Shown piece after piece: positions 28,704 to 37,715 of a stretch of DNA of 61,224 nt (position 1 is its first letter; each line of letters starts with the position of its first letter). Position numbers and translations under genes: made by a program. Origin of the DNA: a virus (Duplodnaviria; Caudoviricetes); IMG/VR virus record IMGVR_UViG_3300005253_000610, positions 1-61,224 of that record. The stretch is one strand, 5' to 3'. The notes beneath the pieces were generated by a model. The model saw only the letters and a program-made list of their open reading frames with translations, was not told the DNA's origin and made no database searches.

Positions 28704-31136
28704 TCAATAGCAACCAAGTATTTCAAGTCCATGTCGCCCCCTCCTATTATGCGTGCCCTGCCAGTCCTGCCCTACCCCCACATCCACCATCAATGGCACC
28801 CCCTCAAGTGGTTGATCCAGACACATTAAGCTTACCATAGCCGTCTCGTACCTGTCAAATGGTAAATTTACTTCTGACAAAAGTTCGTCATGCACCTGAA
28901 GCAGCAGCCTCCCCCCTTCCAACTTACTCACGGCATTACAAGCCATCCTCGTTATGTCTGCCGCCGTACCCTGTAGAATGTGGTTAATTCCTGCCCGCTC
29001 CGCCGCCTCACGCATACTCTTATCCCCCGATACAAGGTCAGGCAGTATACGTGGCCGACCGAATGCAGTGTATGATGTATTCTTCTGCTCTCTCATTCGT
29101 TGTATGGCAAAAGGAACCCACTCACGGAAGTAGTGTACATAGGTGTAGGTAAGTTCCTGTATACTACGAGTTGTCTCGCGTAAGGTAGGCGGCTCGCCTA
29201 ATGATGGGTCTTGGAGGATCAGCTTCTCCAGTACCTCCTGCACCTGCTGTCCCTTACTCCCGTACAGTGCGCCGAACATAAAGTTCTTTGCCCTAGTACG
29301 CAGTACCTTATACTCCCCTTGATCCTCATATGGAACATGGAACAGCTTGTGTACATTCTGTGCATGTAAGTCGCCCTCGTATGTATCCGGGTCATTGTTG
29401 ACTATTTTCATCAACAATGGATCACGTGAGGAGAAGGCGGCACACCTTAGCTCTAGACCCTGGTAGTCTGCTGCGAGCAGTATCTTCCCATCTTCAGCAA
29501 CAAAATGGCCGCGCCATAAGAGGGAAACCTGCGTTAAGTTAGGGTCACGGGACGATATCCGCCCGCTTCTAACATAGGCGTTAGTAAACGTGGTATGTAT
29601 TCTACTGTCTGTTTGCGTGTCTTCTACCCATCCCTCAAGAAACTCCTTATACTTCTCCAGTCCTCTCCACCTAACGAGCAAGGAGATAGCGGGATGCTCA
29701 TGCTGCATACGTAAGAGCGCAAGAGCACTGACTGACGGTTGCCCTGTCTTCTGAGATACAGCCTGGATGGAGATACCTAAGTGTCGGTGTAGCCACTCGA
29801 CTAGCTGGGCAGAGGAGCCGGGCATTATAGGCTGGGGACTGTGGAATACTCCTACTCCCTTACATTCCTTACAGTCTCTCTTCTTGTTCTTTCCATTATG
29901 GCATCCCCTACACACATACCTCCTGTCGGGACGCATGAACCCAGAGTCCAGTGCAAGGATATTGATCGCCTTGTCTAGTGCATCTAGCTTCTCTGTAGTA
30001 TCCTTGAGTGCAACTTGTGCGCTCTCCCTGTCCAGCTTGATCCCTGCCAGCTCCATGTCAACAATTGTCTGCACCATGGGGAGATCAACGGAGTCATATA
30101 GCTGCTTAGCCTTGTCTGTCAACCCCTCTACTAGGTCCCGCTCCCCCTTCAGCGCCCAGTACGCATCACCACAGCAGTACCGTGCCACATCTTCAGGCGG
30201 TACATCAAGGATCGATCCCCCACCAGTCACATCGTCATACTGGATCATCCTTATACCATAGGTGCGGAGTATATAGTCCTTCAACCCTGCCCTCGGCTCC
30301 CCTGCTAGATAGGCAGCAAGCATCCCGTCTCCATGTAAGGGACCGGGGATTATACCATGACGGAGGAGGACAGCACAATCGTACTTCGCATTCCATCCAA
30401 CCCATGTCCTCTTCGGTAAACACTCCTTGAGCAACGCCATCCATCGAGGATCACTAGCCTCCCCGTAGAAACACTTATCTCCAAACGCAAGCCCAATACC
30501 TACAAGGATATCCTTCGTCTCATTTGGTGTACTGCCTGTAACAACTGTTTCAGTATCAATCCCAATTGGTATGGGCGTTAAAGGGGGACCGTCCCACCAG
30601 ATAGGGACAAGAGACGACGCCACATCCTCATAATCCTTGTCTTCCCTTACTAACTTCCATGTATACGGCAGTACATCTATCCTCTCTGTACTACCAATAG
30701 TTTCTAAGTCCTTGATACTATTCAAAGATATGTTCAACACAGGTGAGAGTTCAACCAATGCCTGCGCTGCATCCCACATCCGTTTATACTTATGTTTGTC
30801 TGTCTTCGGGGGGGTACGGACTAACACCTTTGCATCACTGCTTGACATACCTAGTTGGATCAAGTGCCACTCTAGCCATGTACTGACTCTATTCGCCGGG
30901 CCATCCTCTTGTGTAGTATCCGTAGCGTGTACGATGAGGACTTCTGGTGCTAACCTCCGCCAGTAGGGAAAGGCAGAAGGTTGGCAGATGATAGAGTCTC
31001 CTGACTTGAGAGAGCGCAGTGCTGTATCCCTCAAGCGTTGGGGTAGTAGGGTGCCAGACAGTCCTAATGCAACAGCACGGGTCCGAGCAAGGGCTTCGGT
31101 TGGGCCGAGGGAGTGGAGGTCAATGTATGCTGTCAT
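28704..31136 (-). CDS. polA: Family A DNA polymerase with 3'-5' exonuclease
   Basis: Exo IDTET / WNAKYD / YCCGD; motif A ADYQGLELR; motif B RAKNFMFGALYG; motif C QVHDEL. Confidence 0.95.
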   Translation of the reverse strand: MTAYIDLHSLGPTEALARTRAVALGLSGTLLPQRLRDTALRSLKSGDSIICQPSAFPYWRRLAPEVLIVHATDTTQEDGPANRVSTWLEWHLIQLGMSSSDAKVLVRTPPKTDKHKYKRMWDAAQALVELSPVLNISLNSIKDLETIGSTERIDVLPYTWKLVREDKDYEDVASSLVPIWWDGPPLTPIPIGIDTETVVTGSTPNETKDILVGIGLAFGDKCFYGEASDPRWMALLKECLPKRTWVGWNAKYDCAVLLRHGIIPGPLHGDGMLAAYLAGEPRAGLKDYILRTYGIRMIQYDDVTGGGSILDVPPEDVARYCCGDAYWALKGERDLVEGLTDKAKQLYDSVDLPMVQTIVDMELAGIKLDRESAQVALKDTTEKLDALDKAINILALDSGFMRPDRRYVCRGCHNGKNKKRDCKECKGVGVFHSPQPIMPGSSAQLVEWLHRHLGISIQAVSQKTGQPSVSALALLRMQHEHPAISLLVRWRGLEKYKEFLEGWVEDTQTDSRIHTTFTNAYVRSGRISSRDPNLTQVSLLWRGHFVAEDGKILLAADYQGLELRCAAFSSRDPLLMKIVNNDPDTYEGDLHAQNVHKLFHVPYEDQGEYKVLRTRAKNFMFGALYGSKGQQVQEVLEKLILQDPSLGEPPTLRETTRSIQELTYTYVHYFREWVPFAIQRMREQKNTSYTAFGRPRILPDLVSGDKSMREAAERAGINHILQGTAADITRMACNAVSKLEGGRLLLQVHDELLSEVNLPFDRYETAMVSLMCLDQPLEGVPLMVDVGVGQDWQGTHNRRGRHGLEILGCY

Positions 31137-31369
31137 GGTACAGGCGGATAATCCACTAGTTCATTAAGTTCTGTTACCCTGCCTTGCAAATGCCTAACGT
31201 CAGCTTGCGCGTTATCGCGCTCGTGTAGAGCAGCTTCAGCAAACACGACAGCCTGAACATAATTTTCTGCTCCTGTTGCCTTCACCAACCGATCTAACAG
31301 TTCTGAGTACGCCTGTATCTCTACGCGGTCTAGCTCCGTCTGCTCCTCCGCACTAGGTTCAGCAGCCAT
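31133..31369 (-). CDS. Hypothetical protein
   Basis: SD GGAGGAAGG. Confidence 0.55.
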   Translation of the reverse strand: MAAEPSAEEQTELDRVEIQAYSELLDRLVKATGAENYVQAVVFAEAALHERDNAQADVRHLQGRVTELNELVDYPPVP

Positions 31370-31384
31370 AGCGCCCTTCCTCCT

Positions 31385-31612
31385 CTATCGCTCCACAATC
31401 TCACACATCTGTTCAGGATCAAACAAGTCAGCCAACAGTAACACATCCCCCCGGTAGTATATCTGATCACTGAACGCTCCCGCCATCCGCTTCAGTGCAA
31501 CACGATAAGACTTCGTAGGCTTACCAATAAGCGTCCAAAGCCTATCCCCCCGTACACGCACGCGCGCTTGGTATCGTGTGTTAGTACCGGCACATATACT
31601 TCCACTAGCCAT
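31385..31612 (-). CDS. Hypothetical protein
   Basis: MASGSICAG start with SD GGGAG. Confidence 0.55.
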   Translation of the reverse strand: MASGSICAGTNTRYQARVRVRGDRLWTLIGKPTKSYRVALKRMAGAFSDQIYYRGDVLLLADLFDPEQMCEIVER

Positions 31613-31613
31613 C

Positions 31614-31757
31614 TTACTCTCCCTCCTCTGTGGGGCCAAAGTCCACTCGATCAACTCCCAAGCGGTGTTGCTTCGCCACGGTCAGGAAGGCGTTAAGCAA
31701 GTTCTGAAACGTCGTGTTAGGCCGTTTGACGTGAAGCGTCACCTTTAGCTCAGCCAT
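31614..31757 (-). CDS. 47-aa hypothetical protein
   Basis: [10 protein letters not shown]...; fills the gap between neighbours; SD AAGGGG. Confidence 0.45.
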   Translation of the reverse strand: MAELKVTLHVKRPNTTFQNLLNAFLTVAKQHRLGVDRVDFGPTEEGE

Positions 31758-32317
31758 GTTTGGCCCCCTTCACTAACTAACGTAACTGCCCTTCTTAGAG
31801 AATCTAGTATACTCTGGTCCTGCATGTTCCATGTACCCCCTGTTCTTAGTGCATGTGAGGGATGCACACTGCCAACCACAATACGTCCATCCGGTAGCAT
31901 CCTCTGTAATGTAGCCATGTCATATGCCCTCGATCCTGGGAAGGATAAGTTTCCTGCTATAGTACCGAAGGCCACAATTACTTTCGGGTTGACCTCTTGT
32001 ATCTCGGCATCAAGCCACAGTGGAGGACAGGTAACAAGAGCGTTCGGGTGCGCGCGGAGATCGTTCCGAGGGGGGCGGCACTTCACCACGTTGGTCAAGA
32101 AGATTTCCTCTCTATCTAGCGGCACCCTTTCGAGTATTACATCCAGCCTCTTCCCCGCAGGCCCCACTAAGGGAAGTCCCTGCTTATCCTCCTCTGCACC
32201 GGGGGCTTCGGCTATCCCCATGATATCAGCGTTGGGATTCCCATGTCCTGGTACTACTTGGGTGCGAGTGCGGTGTAGCTCACATGAAGTACAGGAGAGC
32301 ATATCTTCTAGTGTCAT
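31745..32317 (-). CDS. udg: Uracil-DNA glycosylase family 4 (Fe-S)
   Basis: [37 protein letters not shown]. Confidence 0.92.
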   Translation of the reverse strand: MTLEDMLSCTSCELHRTRTQVVPGHGNPNADIMGIAEAPGAEEDKQGLPLVGPAGKRLDVILERVPLDREEIFLTNVVKCRPPRNDLRAHPNALVTCPPLWLDAEIQEVNPKVIVAFGTIAGNLSFPGSRAYDMATLQRMLPDGRIVVGSVHPSHALRTGGTWNMQDQSILDSLRRAVTLVSEGGQTWLS

Positions 32318-32610
32318 GGCATCCCCCAGCCTGTTGTCGGGGTGCCTGCTGGTAGGCGGCAGCGTTCCTGCGCTAACTGTTGCATTTGGCGGTATATCTT
32401 GACGCCTCGAACAAACAGCGGCAACGCGGGCCAACTGTAGCTGTGAGGGTTTTGCAGGCGACCTGCTGATGACCGCACTGCACGACCGGCTTGCCCGTGG
32501 TAGTAGCCTCCGAGACCTGTTACCTTGTAGCCGCCCGCGCTGTTACGGGATGGCGTCGGCCCAGGTAGGCACTTGTAATCCTTCCTCTTCTGTTTAAGGT
32601 GATTGCTCAT
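32314..32610 (-). CDS. Basic hypothetical protein
   Basis: SD GAGGT; ATGA-coupled to UDG. Confidence 0.4.
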   Translation of the reverse strand: MSNHLKQKRKDYKCLPGPTPSRNSAGGYKVTGLGGYYHGQAGRAVRSSAGRLQNPHSYSWPALPLFVRGVKIYRQMQQLAQERCRLPAGTPTTGWGMP

Positions 32611-32986
32611 ACTGCACCTCATCTAGCGTCCGATGCCTATCCCTCTTAGCATTCCAATAACTGCTGACCATCTCATAGTCCCCTTCCAGTACAGTAACAA
32701 AGTCGCTCATCTTCCCCGGCCAAGGGAAGCGGATGCATACACGGAAGACTGCGAAGGTGTCCCGTATCACAGTAACGTCTATGATCTCATACTCCTCCGG
32801 CATGTTGACTACGGAAGGCAATCCTCTCTCTGTCATGACGAAATCGTAGTGCCTGCTTCTACCTAGTCCTACCCCTGTATCGGGAAGGAATTCCAATGCT
32901 GCCTCGATGATATTCCTCGGTAGGTATACATCCTTATGATATCTCATATAGCGGGAGTCATTGAGGTGTTCTTGTTCACGCTCCAT
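32594..32986 (-). CDS. Hypothetical protein
   Basis: RYHKDVY.P...HY...W.N...D.H.TLD; SD GAGGAG. Confidence 0.55.
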   Translation of the reverse strand: MEREQEHLNDSRYMRYHKDVYLPRNIIEAALEFLPDTGVGLGRSRHYDFVMTERGLPSVVNMPEEYEIIDVTVIRDTFAVFRVCIRFPWPGKMSDFVTVLEGDYEMVSSYWNAKRDRHRTLDEVQYEQSP

Positions 32987-32989
32987 GCT

Positions 32990-33412
32990 CTACTCCTCAG
33001 CCGCTTCTAGTATCATCTCAAGCGTAACCGTGTAATCCATGAAAAGTGCCTTTGCCACGCTCGCTAACTTTTTTAACCCTAAGACTAAAGCGGCGTCTGC
33101 TATATGTAGAAGATAATGATCATACCGTGACATTGGAAAGGCTCGTGTAATAATCTCAGCATAGTGTAACTCAAACGTCTCCCTCTTAGGGTTGCGGACT
33201 ACGCCAAGTTTCTGTGCGTACTCTGCTACACCCACTGCAAAGCGAATCCTTGCCGTAAAGAGGTACTTCAGAGCGTCGTCTAAGGCCATAGGACTACCGG
33301 GCTCACAAATATCCGGTCCTCTTAATGCACAGGCCACGTCGTAAATAGCCCTCGTGTTCCATGCCACATCCCTTACCTGAGTAGCCTTCTTCTTCCAAAA
33401 TAGTAAATTCAT
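32990..33412 (-). CDS. Hypothetical 'RGPD' protein, paralog of 36910..37542
   Basis: YDV..A.RGPD...LK.LFT..IR...HYL.HI..AA.VL...TVT.E.IL. Confidence 0.65.
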   Translation of the reverse strand: MNLLFWKKKATQVRDVAWNTRAIYDVACALRGPDICEPGSPMALDDALKYLFTARIRFAVGVAEYAQKLGVVRNPKRETFELHYAEIITRAFPMSRYDHYLLHIADAALVLGLKKLASVAKALFMDYTVTLEMILEAAEE

Positions 33413-33762
33413 TTTCTCTCACCTCCAAAACAAGTACACTCATCAAGCCTATTAGCAAACTGCGTACATAACCTAGTCATCGTCTCATCACACACCTTCC
33501 CCTGTCGCCCCCCTGTCGTACACCTCCACACATGGACATATGGTTGTGCATCTGAATACCCACCGTACTCCCATGCACATGCCCCCCCATGTATCCGCTT
33601 CGGATTATTGGGCATGAAGGGCGGAAGAGCAGGGGTAATGGGCGGTAAATAATCCGTACCTGCCTGCTGCATTGCCTTCTCCAAATTCTTCTTATCCTCT
33701 TCGGCAGATGCCCACCAAGAGTCTGCTATTCCTGACATAGGTAGTGTACCTCCTGCTGTCAC
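33409..33762 (-). CDS. Cys-rich hypothetical protein
   Basis: ORF in operon. Confidence 0.45.
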   Translation of the reverse strand: MTAGGTLPMSGIADSWWASAEEDKKNLEKAMQQAGTDYLPPITPALPPFMPNNPKRIHGGACAWEYGGYSDAQPYVHVWRCTTGGRQGKVCDETMTRLCTQFANRLDECTCFGGERK

Positions 33763-33794
33763 CTTACCTTATGGGATATCTAGCTGTCAAGCTG

Positions 33795-34340
33795 CTAGTC
33801 TGTACACTCCACAACCATTTGTTTCTCCTGATGCTCTGGTACATAGTGTGACGCTACAGTAACTTCCCTCTCTACCAGCTTACAGTTCTCAGTGTTAGGG
33901 ATGCAATCAAAGTTACAGTGGAGAGATACCCCAGCTTTAGATGCGCTAACAGTGATAGACAGCCCGCCCTTTGGGTCAAAGCTTTCTCGCGCCTTACCTT
34001 TATTCCTTACCTCCCAACCCTGTCGCGTAAGCGCCTTGCCCATCTTAGTAATCGTGCCCAGCATTCGATCCACCATACCGGGCTGATCCACGTCACCAAC
34101 CGCCTCAAGAGACAAGTGTATGTCACCCAGTTTAGACGCGTCAGTATATGAAGGCGACGTACGAAGGCTGCTCACCTGATAGGTAGTACCTAATGTGCTG
34201 GGCATAAAAGGTAGCAGGTCTATGATAATCTGCTTGCCCAACCGTCGTTGTCTAGCTCTTTGGTTGCACTCCCTCCGCTCCTCTCCTGTAAGTATATCTA
34301 ACTGATCTAAGAATCCTGCATTCCTAAGTGTATTAGTCAT
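33795..34340 (-). CDS. Hypothetical protein downstream of Ubl
   Basis: ATG 34340 with SD AGGAGGT. Confidence 0.55.
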   Translation of the reverse strand: MTNTLRNAGFLDQLDILTGEERRECNQRARQRRLGKQIIIDLLPFMPSTLGTTYQVSSLRTSPSYTDASKLGDIHLSLEAVGDVDQPGMVDRMLGTITKMGKALTRQGWEVRNKGKARESFDPKGGLSITVSASKAGVSLHCNFDCIPNTENCKLVEREVTVASHYVPEHQEKQMVVECTD

Positions 34341-34439
34341 GTTACCTCCTATAATCCGTTCAAAGTGGAGGGAACAGAGGGAGTGATCAATCTCCCCCCA
34401 TCCCCCTTCATATACATGCTGCAAGAAGGGTTGATTCCC

Positions 34440-34697
34440 TTAGGCTCCCTTAACCCCACCCGACGCAAGCCGTGTCCCAATAGCAAGGATCACGTCGCCT
34501 GCGCGCAGTTGTGCATCCGTGGTGTCCTTGCTAATGATGTGCCCATCCAGGGATAGCTCATTGTTGGTGAAGGGATTCACGCTGCCAAAGAACTTCTTCA
34601 GTGCATCCTTCACCGTTACCATCGTACCATTGATAGCATATGTCTCATGCTTGCTGGTCGTGGCAACAACTACTATTCCATGTTCGTTACTTGCCAT
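34440..34697 (-). CDS. Ubiquitin-like (beta-grasp) protein
   Basis: 85 aa; TV.DAL...L.LDG...L..GD.I; tail LASGGVKGA; SD AGGAGGT; next to E1. Confidence 0.8.
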   Translation of the reverse strand: MASNEHGIVVVATTSKHETYAINGTMVTVKDALKKFFGSVNPFTNNELSLDGHIISKDTTDAQLRAGDVILAIGTRLASGGVKGA

Positions 34698-34768
34698 TCT
34701 TACCTCCTATATACGATGCTAGTAGATACTGGTCGTGATCACGACCCTTCGTTGCAGCCAGTAAAATG

Positions 34769-34858
34769 CTAAAGGGGTATGTGTGCGAATCCGATGCCTA
34801 TCCAACAGCCGATAGTTCCACACACAACGCCAAAGGTAAAACTACTTAGGTGAAGCAT
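34769..34858 (-). CDS. 29-aa TM micropeptide between E1 and Ubl
   Basis: MLHLSSFTFGVVCGTIGCWIGIGFAHIPL; AAGGAGGT SD within the E1 3' end. Confidence 0.55.
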   Translation of the reverse strand: MLHLSSFTFGVVCGTIGCWIGIGFAHIPL

Positions 34859-34860
34859 GA

Positions 34861-35547
34861 TTATTGTACCTCCTTACTCTCTACTTGTGGTAGTGCCTGT
34901 ACTGTAGGCACATGCCATACTCTCAACGCTGGGATCGGTATTCCCTTACACCACTGGTTGATCGTGCTTGCTATCTGCGATGCGAGGAACATTCCGACAT
35001 ATGCTGTGCCAGACTGCCCGCAGGGTACATCATCTACCTCATCGTCCGTTGGCAAGGCAGCAAGGTACTCCGCATATCCCTCCTTCGTCGTAACAGTAGC
35101 GAGGACCGCCAGCTCCCCCTGTATTCTCCCATCCAGGTAGAGAGGGACATTATGATCCCTCGCCCACTCTGCGTTGGCCTTCCTGCCTGACATAGAATCA
35201 ACAGCGGATACGAGTGCAGTGGTAGGATGGCTACCGGGATACGGAAAGGGCGTACTCTGCCCACTCAAACGTAGGTACGGATTGGGCAGGCTTTGGTAGA
35301 GCGCCTCGACCTTACTCCGCCCAACATCGCTAGTGGTATAGGGTTGACAGCCCACATTCACGTCTTCAACTTCGTCAGGATCGAAGAAGATTAACCCGTA
35401 TACTGCCCTACTCAATGCGTGTGCCGTCCACCCCCCTATCATCCCTACTCCTGCTATCGTCACCTCCATCTCTGCCATCTTCGGGTGTATGATCCCATGT
35501 TGTCGCTGGTGCATCACCTTTGTGTGTAGTATACGCTTACCGTCCAC
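34861..35547 (-). CDS. E1-like ThiF/MoeB adenylating enzyme
   Basis: IAGVGMIGG, DPDEVE..N...Q, K..AL, SAVDS..GR, YLDGR, candidate catalytic Cys in VPCG. Confidence 0.9.
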   Translation of the reverse strand: MDGKRILHTKVMHQRQHGIIHPKMAEMEVTIAGVGMIGGWTAHALSRAVYGLIFFDPDEVEDVNVGCQPYTTSDVGRSKVEALYQSLPNPYLRLSGQSTPFPYPGSHPTTALVSAVDSMSGRKANAEWARDHNVPLYLDGRIQGELAVLATVTTKEGYAEYLAALPTDDEVDDVPCGQSGTAYVGMFLASQIASTINQWCKGIPIPALRVWHVPTVQALPQVESKEVQ

Positions 35548-36172
35548 GTTCTTCCCCTTCCTCTGCTATCTTCCTAAACGATGCTAAGTCTTCCGCATTC
35601 CAAACGCCATACTCATATGGTAGAGCCTGACCACGTAACGAAGGATACGCCCCCTTAGGAGTCACAGGACTTTTATCTATCACCCTCTTCATCATCTGTT
35701 TTACCTGTGTAGCTACCCCGTGAGATGCAAATGTACCCTTAGCCTCTACATCCAGCTCAGCAAAGAGGCCCACGGGATGCTCGACATCGATCCATCCGTA
35801 ATACTCACCACGTAGGTTTGTAACTAGTCCGGCGAACCAGCCCAAGTCAGGGACGGACTCGGCTAGTAACTCCAGGGTGTCGTCATCCTGTCTGCTTGGG
35901 TGTGTAGTCATCCCGCAGTGTGAGTGCCACCATACGGGGTAGTCAGACAGGGTGTGTCCTTTTCTTGCTATCTCGATTAGTGTAGTACGCAGATTCCCTT
36001 TCTCTATGTCTGTATATGCTCCTCCACCTTCTTGTGGCGGGATGATGATATCAGTAACAGTGATCTTCCCATCCTCCAGATGCGCCTTACCAAAGCCGGA
36101 TACTTCCAGTGTCGGCTCCGCTTTCACGGCAAGCCGAATCATTTGTGCTGCCTTCTGACGAAGGACTATCAT
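35537..36172 (-). CDS. JAB/MPN+ metallo-isopeptidase (Prok-JAB)
   Basis: EVSGFG; WWHSHCGMTTHPSRQD = HxH-x7-S-x2-D JAMM motif. Confidence 0.9.
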   Translation of the reverse strand: MIVLRQKAAQMIRLAVKAEPTLEVSGFGKAHLEDGKITVTDIIIPPQEGGGAYTDIEKGNLRTTLIEIARKGHTLSDYPVWWHSHCGMTTHPSRQDDDTLELLAESVPDLGWFAGLVTNLRGEYYGWIDVEHPVGLFAELDVEAKGTFASHGVATQVKQMMKRVIDKSPVTPKGAYPSLRGQALPYEYGVWNAEDLASFRKIAEEGEERGR

Positions 36173-36176
36173 TCCT

Positions 36177-36917
36177 CTACCTCCTTAGTGCGCCGAACAT
36201 AGCAGTACGCAACGCTGCAATAGTTGTAACTTCTCCCGTATCACTGCGTTGAATCTTACTTGTAGGGGGGCAGACTTCTAACCAAGCTGCACCTTCCTCT
36301 GCCCAATCATCCACATACAGACTAGTAGGATCATAGCCTAGTCTCCAACGAGAAGCGATACGCAAGAGAGGTAGCGGGTAGGGCACGGTGCTAAGAGCGT
36401 ATATAACATCACCCACACTACCCCAACAAATACTCTCATTGTCTATATGCGGATGTGTCCCTTCTAACACTTCGCAGTCCATGTAGTCGTCCTCCCAAAT
36501 AAGATGAAGCGTTAGCTCTGTTGTCATGCCCATGCTACCTTCATCTATGATCGCAACAGGAACAAATATAACAATTAGGGCGTGAACCCCAACCTGGTTT
36601 GCTGCCACAACTTCAGGCCATCTACGTACTTCTGTAAGGGCATTCTCCCATACAAAGACTTCCTCACCCCTCTTAGGCATAAGATTCAGATGAGGAGAAG
36701 GACTATCACAGTATACGACTCGGCGTGTGTTTAGCCATGAATGGATGCGGCGGCTACGTAACGCAAACTCTTGCGGGTCCTCAATCCGACGCCCGTCAAG
36801 TACCCTCAGCCACCTTCCAGTGCCCACTAAGGATTGGACGGGGAGCACACCGTCATACTGTGAGACTGCGTACTCTAAGATGGCACTGTACGATATTAGT
36901 GCTCTCTCTTCAGGCAT
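36177..36917 (-). CDS. E2/UBC-like conjugating enzyme (C-terminal domain)
   Basis: HPHIDNESICWG resembles UBC HPNI...G.IC; followed by helical L...L..YDP.S.Y. Confidence 0.7.
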   Translation of the reverse strand: MPEERALISYSAILEYAVSQYDGVLPVQSLVGTGRWLRVLDGRRIEDPQEFALRSRRIHSWLNTRRVVYCDSPSPHLNLMPKRGEEVFVWENALTEVRRWPEVVAANQVGVHALIVIFVPVAIIDEGSMGMTTELTLHLIWEDDYMDCEVLEGTHPHIDNESICWGSVGDVIYALSTVPYPLPLLRIASRWRLGYDPTSLYVDDWAEEGAAWLEVCPPTSKIQRSDTGEVTTIAALRTAMFGALRR

Positions 36918-37542
36918 CGCTACACCACCCGCTCTCTGCTGCTACTCGTAAGATGGCCTCTTCAGTAACAGTACCAGCCCGGAAATCCCTTGCAAGGGTA
37001 CGAAACGTTTCCATTTCTAACACCGTTGCCGCAGCAACGATGTGATTTAGATAGTGTCTATACTCCAGACTAATACTCCTACGCTCCTTGTATAGACTCT
37101 TGGCTATACTAATAGTTACTCCACTGTACCAGGCTACGCCGCTCATCTTCGTACGTATGGGGTTAGTGAATAACTGTTTAAGATTAGTTGCGATCTCGGT
37201 CTGTTGATCCGGCCCCCGTATAGCAGCCAGCACGTCATACACCTGTATATCGCCCCAGTCTATCTTCGCCAGCTTCTCCGCAAGCGTTAGTGTAGCAGGC
37301 TCACGTACCTCATCGATTGCTTGGCTAACAGGATCACCACACGTATTGGGGGCTACGCCTTCTTGTACTAGTTCCATGTCTTCATACCAGAGCCATACTT
37401 CATGCAGCCTCTCCCCTATAAGCATCTTCAGGCTACCAGTATACTTTGCTAGCCCCCCTAACACCCCCTCTAGTCCCTTGAGTGCTCCCCTCTTCACCCT
37501 AAACGTCTTCCCTTGTAACTTCCTAGCTTCTTGTATGTCCAT
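36910..37542 (-). CDS. KOW/SH3-like N-terminus + 'RGPD' domain protein, paralog of 32990..33412
   Basis: GKTFRVKRGALKGLEGV (KOW-like); shared RGPD domain. Confidence 0.65.
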   Translation of the reverse strand: MDIQEARKLQGKTFRVKRGALKGLEGVLGGLAKYTGSLKMLIGERLHEVWLWYEDMELVQEGVAPNTCGDPVSQAIDEVREPATLTLAEKLAKIDWGDIQVYDVLAAIRGPDQQTEIATNLKQLFTNPIRTKMSGVAWYSGVTISIAKSLYKERRSISLEYRHYLNHIVAAATVLEMETFRTLARDFRAGTVTEEAILRVAAESGWCSDA

Positions 37543-37715
37543 TGTGCCTAATCTCCTTCCACCTCAGCTAATAGCCGCTCAAACATTGTATTCCCTTGCC
37601 CATTCTTTGCCTTGCTCCTCGGCTTCCCCCCCACACAGTATGCACACCCCGGTCCACGAGTAGTGCTAGTGTTTCGTGATTGTCTTCCCACTTACGTATG
37701 CGTTGTAACATTATG

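Noticed and set aside
34440-36172. Lambda tail-assembly K/I (JAB/Ubl) module or thiamine/Moco sulfur relay
   Set aside because: Located in the early arm on the opposite strand from tail genes, includes E1 and E2-like genes, and no thi/moa genes are present
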